Assembly: GCA_023717565.1 (NCBI GenBank)
Contig: JAMQPI010000675.1
Coordinates: 658 to 64,657, forward strand
DNA length: 64,000 bases
Origin: Pyrinomonadaceae bacterium
Lineage (GTDB): Bacteria; Acidobacteriota; Blastocatellia; Pyrinomonadales; Pyrinomonadaceae
Direction: 5' to 3'
The position numbers were made by a program, and so were the translations under genes. This document shows positions 9,082 to 17,750 of the stretch, piece after piece (the stretch's first letter is position 1; each line of letters opens with the position of its first letter). The notes beneath the pieces were generated by a model that was given only the letters and a program-made list of their open reading frames with translations, searched no databases and was not told the DNA's origin.

Positions 9082-11032
9082 CTCTTCTATCTTGACCTTC
9101 GACGTGCTGTAACCTGCGGTTACCGAATTGCGGAAGCGCAGTCAATTCCAGGACATCATCGGTTGAGTCAGATCCGGCTTGCATCTGGGTCAACCAGGAC
9201 TGCGCATAGAGTCCGCCTTGCTCCAGCAACTCTCGATGGCTGCCCGACTCGATAATCTTGCCGGCTTCCATTACGTGAATGATGTCGGCACGCATCGCTA
9301 TGCTGAAACGATGGGTGATCACAACTGCAGTGTGTCCCTGGGCTAACTCACGGAAGCGAGCGAACCAGTCGGCCTCGGTCCAGGAGTCCATCATGCTTGT
9401 AGGCTCATCAAGTAGAATGATTGGTGACTTTCGCAAATACGCTCGGGCGGTGGCAATCCGATGCCACTCACCGCCACTGAGCTCGACACCGTTCGCAAAC
9501 GTCTTACCCAACAACGTATCGTAGCCGTTCGGTAATCTAGTAATGAGTTCGTGCGCTCCGGCACTTCGTGCGGCAGATTCAATCGCTTCTTCACCCGGCT
9601 CCGACGCGAGATCACCCATGGCAATACTTTGACCTGCGGTTGCCTGGTAGTTGAACGGAAACTGGAATAACACCGTCGTCATCCGGCGCAATTCATCAAG
9701 TGAAAGGTCGCGCACGTCGATTCCATCAAGTTCGACCCGCCCGTGCTCAGGGTCATAAAATCGGCAGAGAATTTTCAACAGTGTGGTCTTACCGGCTCCG
9801 TTGGCGCCAACGATGGCGACTAGCTTGCCGGCAGGAATAGACAGGTTGAAGTTCTGCAAAGCTGGTTGCTGACTGCCTGGGTAACGAAATGTGATGTTCT
9901 GGAACTCAATCCCCTTCATCAGCGCTACCGGCGCGGGAACCGGCCGGGTTGGTTCGGTGAGCTGCGGTCGCATGTCTAAGAATGCAAACAGGTTTTCAAG
10001 AAACAAGCTACTACTGTAAATCTGCCCCAGATTTCCCAGGAGCGAACGAAGTAGCCCCTGACCTCTACTAAATGCCTGATAAAAGAGCGCCAGATCTCCG
10101 AGGGTCGCCGCACCACGCAACGCCTTCAAGATAACCAAAGCCAAAGCGATTCCCGAAACCAGCTGTGCGAATGCACTAGCTGCCAACTTTGCCTGACCTT
10201 GCTTTTTGATCTGGGTCATGCGCTCGTTGCGGAGCAACTTACGAATCTTCTGATAACCACCCTGGAAATGGGGAGCTAAGCCAAAAAGGCGCAGTTCGGG
10301 CGCCGTCGCGGTGTGTGTCAACAGCAGATCGTAATATTGGGCCCAACGCCGCTCGCTGGCTCGGTTGTACCACCAGGCATGATGACGACGATCAAGTACG
10401 ACAACGACAACGAACGCCGGAAGCGTGCTCAGAAGCAGGACGAGTGGCAGCCACAGTCCGAAAGGTACCAAAACCAAGGCCATCGCTAGCAACGTGATAC
10501 TGTTCTGCAATAGACTGCCAACGCTTTCAAGCAAGACCAGCGGCCGTGAGCTGGCGTCATTCCGAACGCGTTCCAGACGGTCCTGAAACTCCGGTGATTC
10601 GTGGACGCTCAAGTCCATGGTTGCGGACTGCTGATGGATTAGGCCCCTAATATGGTCCTGAACTAGTTCCGATTGCGCGGTGCGGACCAGTTCGCTCATG
10701 CTCTGCAGAAGTTCACCTATTAGCATCACGCCGACAGTCAGAGCAATCAAGACGATAGCTGGCCGCACACTCACCCAATCGCCTCCGGATTTGGCGGCCA
10801 CTACCAGGCTATCTACCAGGAGCTTGACCAAATAAACTGAGGCTAATGGGTGTACCCCTTGGAGGACTAACAAGGTGGCCCAAGCAACAGTCCAGCGGGG
10901 CGCGGCGGTCCGGATCAATCCAAACGTTCGCGGCCAGTAGGCAGCAAGCGCAGTAACCTGATTCCACGAAGGCAACAATAAATTGCGAGTATTCATCGAT
11001 GTGAACATTTCCACCGAAAGCCGTGGGATCAC
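9065..11032 (-). CDS. ABC exporter, fused TMD-NBD (McjD-like lasso-peptide export/immunity candidate)
   Basis: N-terminal multi-TM domain. Walker A GANGAGKTT, signature LSGGEWHR, Walker B ILLDEPTS. The GTG start overlaps the stop of precursor A2 (GTGA). Confidence 0.9.
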   Translation of the reverse strand: MIPRLSVEMFTSMNTRNLLLPSWNQVTALAAYWPRTFGLIRTAAPRWTVAWATLLVLQGVHPLASVYLVKLLVDSLVVAAKSGGDWVSVRPAIVLIALTVGVMLIGELLQSMSELVRTAQSELVQDHIRGLIHQQSATMDLSVHESPEFQDRLERVRNDASSRPLVLLESVGSLLQNSITLLAMALVLVPFGLWLPLVLLLSTLPAFVVVVVLDRRHHAWWYNRASERRWAQYYDLLLTHTATAPELRLFGLAPHFQGGYQKIRKLLRNERMTQIKKQGQAKLAASAFAQLVSGIALALVILKALRGAATLGDLALFYQAFSRGQGLLRSLLGNLGQIYSSSLFLENLFAFLDMRPQLTEPTRPVPAPVALMKGIEFQNITFRYPGSQQPALQNFNLSIPAGKLVAIVGANGAGKTTLLKILCRFYDPEHGRVELDGIDVRDLSLDELRRMTTVLFQFPFNYQATAGQSIAMGDLASEPGEEAIESAARSAGAHELITRLPNGYDTLLGKTFANGVELSGGEWHRIATARAYLRKSPIILLDEPTSMMDSWTEADWFARFRELAQGHTAVVITHRFSIAMRADIIHVMEAGKIIESGSHRELLEQGGLYAQSWLTQMQAGSDSTDDVLELTALPQFGNRRLQHVEGQDRRDVNAA

Positions 11033-11205
11033 GAAAAGGCGTTTTGCTTGGGCTGCTTTGTTCCTCTCGGATTACTCGAATTGGTAAATGCGGCGTCCAA
11101 GTTTTCCCCTAAGTCGGTGCCCAACGTAATTGTCTCCACATCACCGTGCACAATGAGTTGGGGAGCTTGATAAGGCTTCTTTTCGGCTGGTGTATTTTCT
11201 TCCAT
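11029..11205 (-). CDS. Lasso-peptide precursor A2 (58 aa)
   Basis: MEENTPAEKKPYQAPQLIVHGDVETITLGTDLGENLDAAFTNSSNPRGTKQPKQNAFS. AAGGAAGG lies 4 nt upstream of the ATG at 11205. Thr at -2, Gly1 and Asp9 in the predicted core, C-terminal Ser. Paralog of the peptide at 12194..12355. Confidence 0.75.
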   Translation of the reverse strand: MEENTPAEKKPYQAPQLIVHGDVETITLGTDLGENLDAAFTNSSNPRGTKQPKQNAFS

Positions 11206-11255
11206 GATCCCTTCCTTTGCTTTTCTGTCGATCAATCCAAGTTCCTCATTTGAGT

Positions 11256-12170
11256 CTAGACATGTTGAAAGTGTTCCTCTACCAGCTGGGCAACGCCTGG
11301 CAACGAAGGCAATGAACTGGGCCGCTCAAGGCGGTAGACATCGATGTGCCTGATAAGTTTGGTGCATTGGCGTAGATGAGAGGAGGCTTCCACGCCATGA
11401 AGCAGTTCCCTTCCGAATCGCGACATGTAGGAGTTTGCGATAAGCGTTAGCAGACCAGCCTGCGGTTCGAGAGGTATAAGAGTCGACACGGGACCGCAGC
11501 CCAGCGCATAGATACCTTTAAGCGGCACCGGACGCTGAGCGAATCGTTCCGTTACCGGCCGGCCTCGCTTTTCGTAGCCCGCGGCAAGTTCGGGCAGAGT
11601 TTCGTAATCGTCACCCAACGAAGAGAGAACAGCTTCAGGATAAAGCTTGAATTGCGGAAATCCAGGTACGACGATGGGCAGTCCCTGGTCATCAAACTTT
11701 ATCGCCACCACGTCGTCGGAGATCAAAAGATGACCTCGGCCGTACAGCGTTGCCGCCATGGTTGACTTGCCCCAGCCTTTGTTCCCGAGGAAGATGAGCG
11801 CGCCGCCGTCTATCGCAACCGAACTTGCGTGTAAGACCAGGTAACCCCGTTGATGCAGTAGTACCGCCAGGATCGTCCCCAACAACGGCAACCTCAACAA
11901 GCGCTCCTCGACCTCAGGGATCGGATCAACGACGATCTCAGTTCCCCTCCTGACCCGGAACTTCCCGAGATGTGCCCAGAAGAAATGGGCTTCGCGCGAG
12001 GTGATCTCAAAGCAGAAGTCTTCACCGGCATCCTTTTGAGGTGGGTGCCAATCAAGACAACCAAATCGGATCGAGACGTCTGTAGCCACTTCTGCCGAAG
12101 CTTGCAGCTCCGGCAGAAGTAGCTCAGAGTTAATGCCTAGGCTATAGGCATTGTATGAGTAGATTGACAC
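11256..12170 (-). CDS. HPr-kinase-fold P-loop protein (lasso-peptide Ser kinase candidate)
   Basis: P-loop FLGNKGWGKST. GTG start preceded by GAGGAAG. Sits between the two precursor genes. Confidence 0.8.
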   Translation of the reverse strand: MSIYSYNAYSLGINSELLLPELQASAEVATDVSIRFGCLDWHPPQKDAGEDFCFEITSREAHFFWAHLGKFRVRRGTEIVVDPIPEVEERLLRLPLLGTILAVLLHQRGYLVLHASSVAIDGGALIFLGNKGWGKSTMAATLYGRGHLLISDDVVAIKFDDQGLPIVVPGFPQFKLYPEAVLSSLGDDYETLPELAAGYEKRGRPVTERFAQRPVPLKGIYALGCGPVSTLIPLEPQAGLLTLIANSYMSRFGRELLHGVEASSHLRQCTKLIRHIDVYRLERPSSLPSLPGVAQLVEEHFQHV

Positions 12171-12193
12171 GACCGTTTTCTTCCTCTAGGAAC

Positions 12194-12355
12194 CTACGAC
12201 AGCGTGACGTCCCTAAAAGGAGTGTTGATTGGAAACGACGCATCCAAGTGGTCGCCGTTGCTGAAGCCCTGCGTGATCGCCTCAATGTCACCAAGCACGG
12301 TAACAGTGGGTGATGTATAGGGCTTCTTGTCGGCGCTGTTTGTTGATTGTTGCAT
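12194..12355 (-). CDS. Lasso-peptide precursor A1 (53 aa; absent from the ORF track)
   Basis: Hand translation of the reverse strand gives MQQSTNSADKKPYTSPTVTVLGDIEAITQGFSNGDHLDASFPINTPFRDVTLS, ending in a TAG stop. AAGGAG lies 11 nt upstream of the ATG. It lies in the 251-nt gap between the cyclase and kinase genes. Confidence 0.75.
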   Translation of the reverse strand: MQQSTNSADKKPYTSPTVTVLGDIEAITQGFSNGDHLDASFPINTPFRDVTLS

Positions 12356-12421
12356 TTGAGTGTTGTCTCCTTAACTAGTTGAAGTGGGGAATTTGGAGCA
12401 TTTTGGGCTCCCGTCATTGGA

Positions 12422-14422
12422 TTACATTGGTACCACCTCCTCTCTATAATTAACGTTCGGTGCTGGATCTTTGAAGGAGTGTCGGTGTTGAAGCCACAAA
12501 GCAAGTGACGCAGATTTCCAGATCGCGAATAGGTCTGTTGAATCAGTCTCAGATTCCTGCTCGAGAAATCGCCCATAAGCGCGACGCAACGCGGAAATGT
12601 CAATGTACCCCTCAATAACGCCAGGATTGCGGATGATGATCTCGTCCAGTTGTTCCCGTTCAAACGCTCGAAGGCCATAGACAAGACTCGGCGCAAAATC
12701 CGTCTTAGCAGTTCTCCATTGAACCTGCGGCGGCAGAATTCCGGTCATCGCACGCCGCATGACAACTCGCGTCCACCCGTTATTCAACTTCTGTTGCGAA
12801 GGCAGAGCGAGACAGAACTCAACTAAACGTTTGTCCCAAAATGGGTACCTCTTCTCAATCGAGAATGCGCCTGCGGCACTATCGTGTAATTCAAGGGCGA
12901 AGGCCTGCATTGGATGACCGAGCATCCGGTAGTGGGCTTCACGCTCTGTTCTTGCTGTCTTTGAAGTTGTTTGTCGCCATGCCTGGTAACGCTCTGACAT
13001 ATTGATCTGGGAGGCAAACGCAGGGTTCAGCAATTCTCGCCAACCAGTTCGTTGCGCGGGCTCTGCCGAATCACTAGTCACTCGCCTTCGAGCTCCGCGC
13101 CAGACCCTTCGTGCGAAGCGAAGAGCATGATGATTATTGATTGTTGGGTTGATTCCATATTTCCAGCCAAAAGCCCACAAGGCTTCCCATGAGGAAACGC
13201 CTTGTTGTTTCGCCAGCGGTTTGAGTTCTGCCCTTAGCCTGAGCCAACGTCCCGCTCGGGCCACTTCATGGAGGTACCGTTCACCGTGAGAGACTGTTGT
13301 GTCGCCATCATGTCCATCGAGCAAAACGCGCACGCCTTGCGCTCCAACTGCCTGGTACACGGACCAGATCATTGAGAAGTTGGGCCCGAAAGTGGGTTGG
13401 TCCTGGTGCCAGTGAAGCTGCGCAAGGCATCCGAAAGGTCCTTGTTCGTTGCCAGTGATAAAGTGGGGGTCCACTCCATTCTCCTTGAGCACTGGATTTA
13501 TGAATTCACGTTCGTCGCATTCAGGCACGGCATCAAAGATGGTCGAAAATGTTTTGAGCTGAGAAGCGGGTGCGCCTGTGAGGAGGTTTCTCGCCACGCA
13601 AGTGATTGATGACGAGTCGAGCCCTCCGCTCAGCATCGAGCCCACAGAGTCTGATGTGCGCAAGCGGCAGCGTACTGACTCGGTAAACACTTCACGAAAC
13701 GCCTCGGCGTACTCGTCATTCGACTTCAACTCTACCTTGCGCGTGGGATCGAGCGCCCAGTAACGCTTCGTAATGACTTTACCGTCGCGGACTCTCATGC
13801 TGTGAGCCGGAGGCAGGCGAACGATACCCTGGTAGAATGTGCTTTCGGGGTCAACGAACACATCGGCCAGATGATCTCCCAACCGAACTTCGTTCAATTC
13901 ATAGGGAACCTCATCGACAGTCCAAAGCGCCTTGATTTCAGTCGCAAAGACAAAAGTTCTCTGCGGCGCGAAATAATAATAGAAGGGCTTGACGCCAAAG
14001 TGATCGCGGGCGCAGAAGAGTGTTCTCGCGGGAGCGTCCCAAATGGCGAATGCGAAATCACCCAGCAACCTTTCCGCACAGGCTTCGCCCCACAGGCGAT
14101 AGGCGGCAAGAATCAATTGGCTATCGGTTTCTGCGCCGCAGCTGAGGCCGGCTAATCGCAACTCCCCAATCAATTCCTGGCGATTATCAAGGCGAGCGTC
14201 TGCGGTAATCACATAGTCCCCGTTAATGTCACGAAAGGGTAGACGCTCACTCAGGGACTCCGGCGTGGTATGAAGCATCCGGTGACCCAGACCAACCGAT
14301 CCGGCACACCATGCTGCATAGCCATCTGGTCCACGGTGGGCCAGTACCGTTGCCATTCGCTCTAGCCCAGCGCGCGAAACGGGACGACCATCAAGATAAT
14401 GCCAGCCAAAGATCGCGCTCAT
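12422..14422 (-). CDS. Lasso cyclase (Asn-synthetase-fold, McjC-like)
   Basis: Asn-synthetase architecture with PP-loop SGGLDSSS. Ser replaces the Cys2 nucleophile (MSAIFGW). 4-nt overlap with the B2 gene. Confidence 0.85.
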   Translation of the reverse strand: MSAIFGWHYLDGRPVSRAGLERMATVLAHRGPDGYAAWCAGSVGLGHRMLHTTPESLSERLPFRDINGDYVITADARLDNRQELIGELRLAGLSCGAETDSQLILAAYRLWGEACAERLLGDFAFAIWDAPARTLFCARDHFGVKPFYYYFAPQRTFVFATEIKALWTVDEVPYELNEVRLGDHLADVFVDPESTFYQGIVRLPPAHSMRVRDGKVITKRYWALDPTRKVELKSNDEYAEAFREVFTESVRCRLRTSDSVGSMLSGGLDSSSITCVARNLLTGAPASQLKTFSTIFDAVPECDEREFINPVLKENGVDPHFITGNEQGPFGCLAQLHWHQDQPTFGPNFSMIWSVYQAVGAQGVRVLLDGHDGDTTVSHGERYLHEVARAGRWLRLRAELKPLAKQQGVSSWEALWAFGWKYGINPTINNHHALRFARRVWRGARRRVTSDSAEPAQRTGWRELLNPAFASQINMSERYQAWRQTTSKTARTEREAHYRMLGHPMQAFALELHDSAAGAFSIEKRYPFWDKRLVEFCLALPSQQKLNNGWTRVVMRRAMTGILPPQVQWRTAKTDFAPSLVYGLRAFEREQLDEIIIRNPGVIEGYIDISALRRAYGRFLEQESETDSTDLFAIWKSASLALWLQHRHSFKDPAPNVNYREEVVPM

Positions 14423-14856
14423 GTTCCCTCGACCGCATGCAAAACGGTGAACCGCTGGAGGTCAGCGTGTGTGCCACCGATGATTACTTTGCCCTTGCTC
14501 TCAACCCAGGCATGAGCTTCAAGCTCCCCGGATTTGTCTCTGGCGACGCCAATCCGCAGGCACGCAGGAAATCCAGCGTCTTCCAACAGCTTTACCGTAA
14601 CCAGTGACTGCGCGAGACACGTCGCTGCGGGTACAAAACGACTCATTACTTTGACGCAACGTGCAATCCTCTCGGCTTGCACCGGCACTGACTTGGTCGC
14701 GACAATATTGGCCGACCTAATACTCAGTAGCGTTCTCAACCGTTGAAACGGAAGAATCCATAGACCGATTCTGACTATCCAGAGCAGCGTGACGGCCTTA
14801 ATCAAAATCCTCCGCTCAGCCGCTGGCGAACTTAAGAATCTTAGCGCTGATCTCAT
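14419..14856 (-). CDS. Lasso leader peptidase B2 (transglutaminase-like Cys protease)
   Basis: 145 aa. Cys motif AATCLAQSL and His motif EAHAWVE. 4-nt overlaps on both sides. Confidence 0.85.
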   Translation of the reverse strand: MRSALRFLSSPAAERRILIKAVTLLWIVRIGLWILPFQRLRTLLSIRSANIVATKSVPVQAERIARCVKVMSRFVPAATCLAQSLVTVKLLEDAGFPACLRIGVARDKSGELEAHAWVESKGKVIIGGTHADLQRFTVLHAVEGT

Positions 14857-15203
14857 CGTCTCACCTCGATCAGATTGCGCTCAGCCATGTCCTTGAACAG
14901 AACCTTTAGGTCTGCTAAACAGCGCTCAGGCTCGACTGCGTACTCATCCAGCACAGCGTTGGTGATTTCATCAATTGTCTTGGGCTCTTGAATCAACCCC
15001 CAGATGTACGTACCGACCGCGTCCAGGCCGTAATAGACTCCGGACTTGAGATCGAGGATGACTGCGCCCTCGGAGAGATCACAACACAGCAACTCTTTAT
15101 TCGCAGCGATGATCGAGTTGTCGGTGATAGTCATAGCGTCGTCAAGAATACGTGCTACGAGCGGAGCAGATAAGCTGGCTTCAAGCATAATGTCGTCCTT
15201 CAA
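14853..15203 (-). CDS. PqqD-like RiPP recognition element (lasso B1)
   Basis: 116 aa. PqqD-type pattern AVILDLKSGVYYGLDAVGTYIWGLI...DEITNAVLDEY. First gene of the lasso module. Confidence 0.85.
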   Translation of the reverse strand: MKDDIMLEASLSAPLVARILDDAMTITDNSIIAANKELLCCDLSEGAVILDLKSGVYYGLDAVGTYIWGLIQEPKTIDEITNAVLDEYAVEPERCLADLKVLFKDMAERNLIEVRR

Positions 15204-15302
15204 TGTGAGAATCGGAACTGATCTGGTAGTGCTGGAATTCCGGTCATCCCTGGTCGACTCGCAAGAGTGAGCGAACGCTTGTATTGCCAGCGTAAGGATT
15301 CG

Positions 15303-16337
15303 CTAACGAGAAGTCCGCGGGGTTTGGAAGGTTCTTTCTCGCGCCGTAGTCCAGAAATAGTAGCCAAGGAAAGCGGCCCCGGCCGCTGTCAATACCCCCC
15401 ACCGTGCGCTCGCGTCTGAGGTGCGGACAGCGACAACGGTCAGCGTCGCAAATACCGCTCCCGCACCAGTAACTTTGAGAACAACCCGGTCATGCCGTAA
15501 TCCTGCTTGCACCAACCGCTGATACAAGTGTGAGCGATGCGCTTGCCACACGCGTTGGCCCTCGACCAGGCGACGCAGGATCGTGAACACGCCGTCCGAC
15601 AGGAAGAACCAGAGACACATGGCAACGATCAACACCGCGTCACCTCTTGACGCGGGCGCCGACTGGAAGGGCACAGCAGCTAGCGCGAACCCAAGCGTCC
15701 CAGATCCCACGTCGCCCATGAATACCTTTGCCGGATGCCAGTTGTGCGGGAGAAAGCCAGCGCACGCGCCGGCCACTGCCAGGCCAACCGCAGCAACTTC
15801 CCCCTGCCCCCACAGAGCTATTCCTAATCCGGCAACCACTCCTTGAAGGCCGGCAAACCCATCTATGCCATCTAAAAAGTTATAAAGATTCAGCACGGCC
15901 ACTATCCACAGCAGGGAGAAAGGTACCGCGAAAAATGACAACTCAAAGTTCAGGGGGTCAGGGAGTGGCAGGCGCTCAACGGCACCTCCACCCCAGACGA
16001 TTAGTCCTGCGGCAGCGAACTGCGTTGCAAGGCGAAGCAACACAGGGAGCCCGCCTAAATGATCGTCAATGAACCCCACTGCGGCGATTAGCGCAATGCC
16101 AAGGAAGAGTTCCGCGCCCGGGATTTTAGATCCCACGAGTGCAGCCGCGCCCAAGCCTGCCAGCAGCCCAGCAACTATCCCCACACCTCCGCCTCGCGGT
16201 GTAGGCACAGCATGGGAAGACCTGGCATTCGGAAGGTCGAGCAAACCTCGGTTCCTGAGTACTGGAATCGCAACCCGAGTCACGCACCAAGCCACAACGA
16301 ATGCTACTGCAAAGGTTAATATGGCCTGCACCGGCAT
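15303..16337 (-). CDS. Polyprenyl-phosphate HexNAc-1-phosphate transferase (WbpL/WecA/MraY family, initiating enzyme)
   Basis: Polytopic. Motifs GFIDDHLGG, NLYNFLDGIDG, FMGDVGS. TAATG stop/start overlap with the upstream GT gene. Confidence 0.9.
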   Translation of the reverse strand: MPVQAILTFAVAFVVAWCVTRVAIPVLRNRGLLDLPNARSSHAVPTPRGGGVGIVAGLLAGLGAAALVGSKIPGAELFLGIALIAAVGFIDDHLGGLPVLLRLATQFAAAGLIVWGGGAVERLPLPDPLNFELSFFAVPFSLLWIVAVLNLYNFLDGIDGFAGLQGVVAGLGIALWGQGEVAAVGLAVAGACAGFLPHNWHPAKVFMGDVGSGTLGFALAAVPFQSAPASRGDAVLIVAMCLWFFLSDGVFTILRRLVEGQRVWQAHRSHLYQRLVQAGLRHDRVVLKVTGAGAVFATLTVVAVRTSDASARWGVLTAAGAAFLGYYFWTTARERTFQTPRTSR

Positions 16338-17611
16338 TAAGCTTGCCCTCCATCATTACTCGGCAGTTTTTTAAGTAACATTGGATTTGGAACTTTGAGA
16401 TCAGTTGCTTCACGGTAGGCAGCCGCTAGCAATATTGTCCGCATTTTCTCTGCGAGAATTGACCGGTCAAACTGCTCCCGGGCTACTCGTTGGGCGTTCG
16501 CTGCAAGTCTGGTTCGAAATCCATTTCCATGGGCCAACTGCAGTACGGCACTGGCCATCGCTTCCGGATCGTTGGGTGGCACATTCATTCCACACTGCTC
16601 GCGTTCGAGCAGATCTTTAATCCAACCTTTCGTCGCCTGCACCACTGGAGTGCCAGCTGCGAAAGCATCAAACACTTTGTTTGGGGATGCAGTAGCCAGA
16701 AAAGGAACGTCCTTAACGGTGAACAGCGCGCAACATGACGCCTTAAGCCACCTCATGACATCTTGCTTTGGCAGTGGTCCGAGGAAATGGACGTTGCGCA
16801 ATTCCATAGTGCGCAATTTCTCTTCCAGTTCCTTACGCTCTTTGCCGTCGCCAATCAGAACGTATTCAAGGTCGTCAATGCCCTGTTGCTGCGTCACCGC
16901 AGCGACTTCGAGAATTTGGCCGCAGTCATCAATTAAGCCAAGCGTTCCGGTATATAGCGCAAGTTGTTTACCCTGCGCCCACTCCGGCAGTTCAATGCCG
17001 TCTTTGATACTCTCGACGAGCTCATTATCTGAGGCATTTGGGATTACTTCGATGTTATCAAAACCATATGTCTTGCGAATCCACTCAGCCATGCCTTCGG
17101 ACAGCGCAACGACTGTCGAGGCTAGCCGATAACAATGGCGCTCAAACCGCCTTGCTAACGAAATAACTAGCTTGTTTCGGATTATGCCTAGCTGGATTGC
17201 TCCTTCTGGCCAGAGGTCTCGCACCTCAAAGACAAAAGGCCGTCTTCTTATATAACGGGAGAGCAGACCAGGTAGACCAACTGTCAGTGGTCCTGACGAG
17301 CAAACTACAACGTCAGCCGGAAGAACGAGCGCATACCAGGAAGCCACCAGTGCGTAGGCTGCAAAGCTGAGCAAGCGAAAGACGATGCCATGCTTGTTTG
17401 AGAGGCGGATATTAATCATCCGCACGTCAATGCCATCGATATCAAAACGTGAGATGGGCTTATCAGGAGTGATTCCCGACTTGTCGTACACACTGGTGAC
17501 AATCGTGACTGAATCACCTGCCTTTACCCACCGCCGGGCAAACTCATAAGCCCGCGTACTGTAGGAACCCTGGGGCACAGTAAAGTACTGATAAAAGTAT
17601 AAAACTCGCAT
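16337..17611 (-). CDS. GT-B glycosyltransferase, family 4 (WbuB-like)
   Basis: N-terminus MRVLYFYQYFTVPQGSYSTRAYEFARRW is typical of WbuB-type enzymes, followed by a C-terminal GT-B nucleotide-sugar domain. Confidence 0.85.
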   Translation of the reverse strand: MRVLYFYQYFTVPQGSYSTRAYEFARRWVKAGDSVTIVTSVYDKSGITPDKPISRFDIDGIDVRMINIRLSNKHGIVFRLLSFAAYALVASWYALVLPADVVVCSSGPLTVGLPGLLSRYIRRRPFVFEVRDLWPEGAIQLGIIRNKLVISLARRFERHCYRLASTVVALSEGMAEWIRKTYGFDNIEVIPNASDNELVESIKDGIELPEWAQGKQLALYTGTLGLIDDCGQILEVAAVTQQQGIDDLEYVLIGDGKERKELEEKLRTMELRNVHFLGPLPKQDVMRWLKASCCALFTVKDVPFLATASPNKVFDAFAAGTPVVQATKGWIKDLLEREQCGMNVPPNDPEAMASAVLQLAHGNGFRTRLAANAQRVAREQFDRSILAEKMRTILLAAAYREATDLKVPNPMLLKKLPSNDGGQA

Positions 17612-17750
17612 CGGTGCAGGGAGGACTTTTTCGACGGAACTAGATTACTTGACGATGAGATTGGAGATCTGAGCTTAATTGGCGAGAGGGATTTGAAAAT
17701 ACGTGACGGACGAAACTCTTATATGATACGCGCTAGGTCGCTCTTGGTCC

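Noticed and set aside
11206-11235. Longer 68-aa form of precursor A2 (MIDRKAKEGIMEEN...).
   Set aside because: The upstream start is a TTG with no Shine-Dalgarno sequence. The ATG at 11205 has AAGGAAGG just upstream, and the shorter form aligns end to end with the A1 paralog.
12142-12696. 184-aa minus-strand ORF spanning the cyclase 3' end, the A1 precursor region and the kinase start.
   Set aside because: It is in a different frame from the cyclase, the 53-aa precursor and the kinase, all of which have motif or RBS support. It has no recognisable motifs.
12422-14422. Reading the 666-aa Asn-synthetase homologue as a housekeeping or glycan amidotransferase like the other two copies.
   Set aside because: It lacks the Cys2 glutaminase nucleophile. 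It is also translationally coupled to the PqqD-like and transglutaminase-like genes and followed by a precursor peptide, so a lasso cyclase is the better call.
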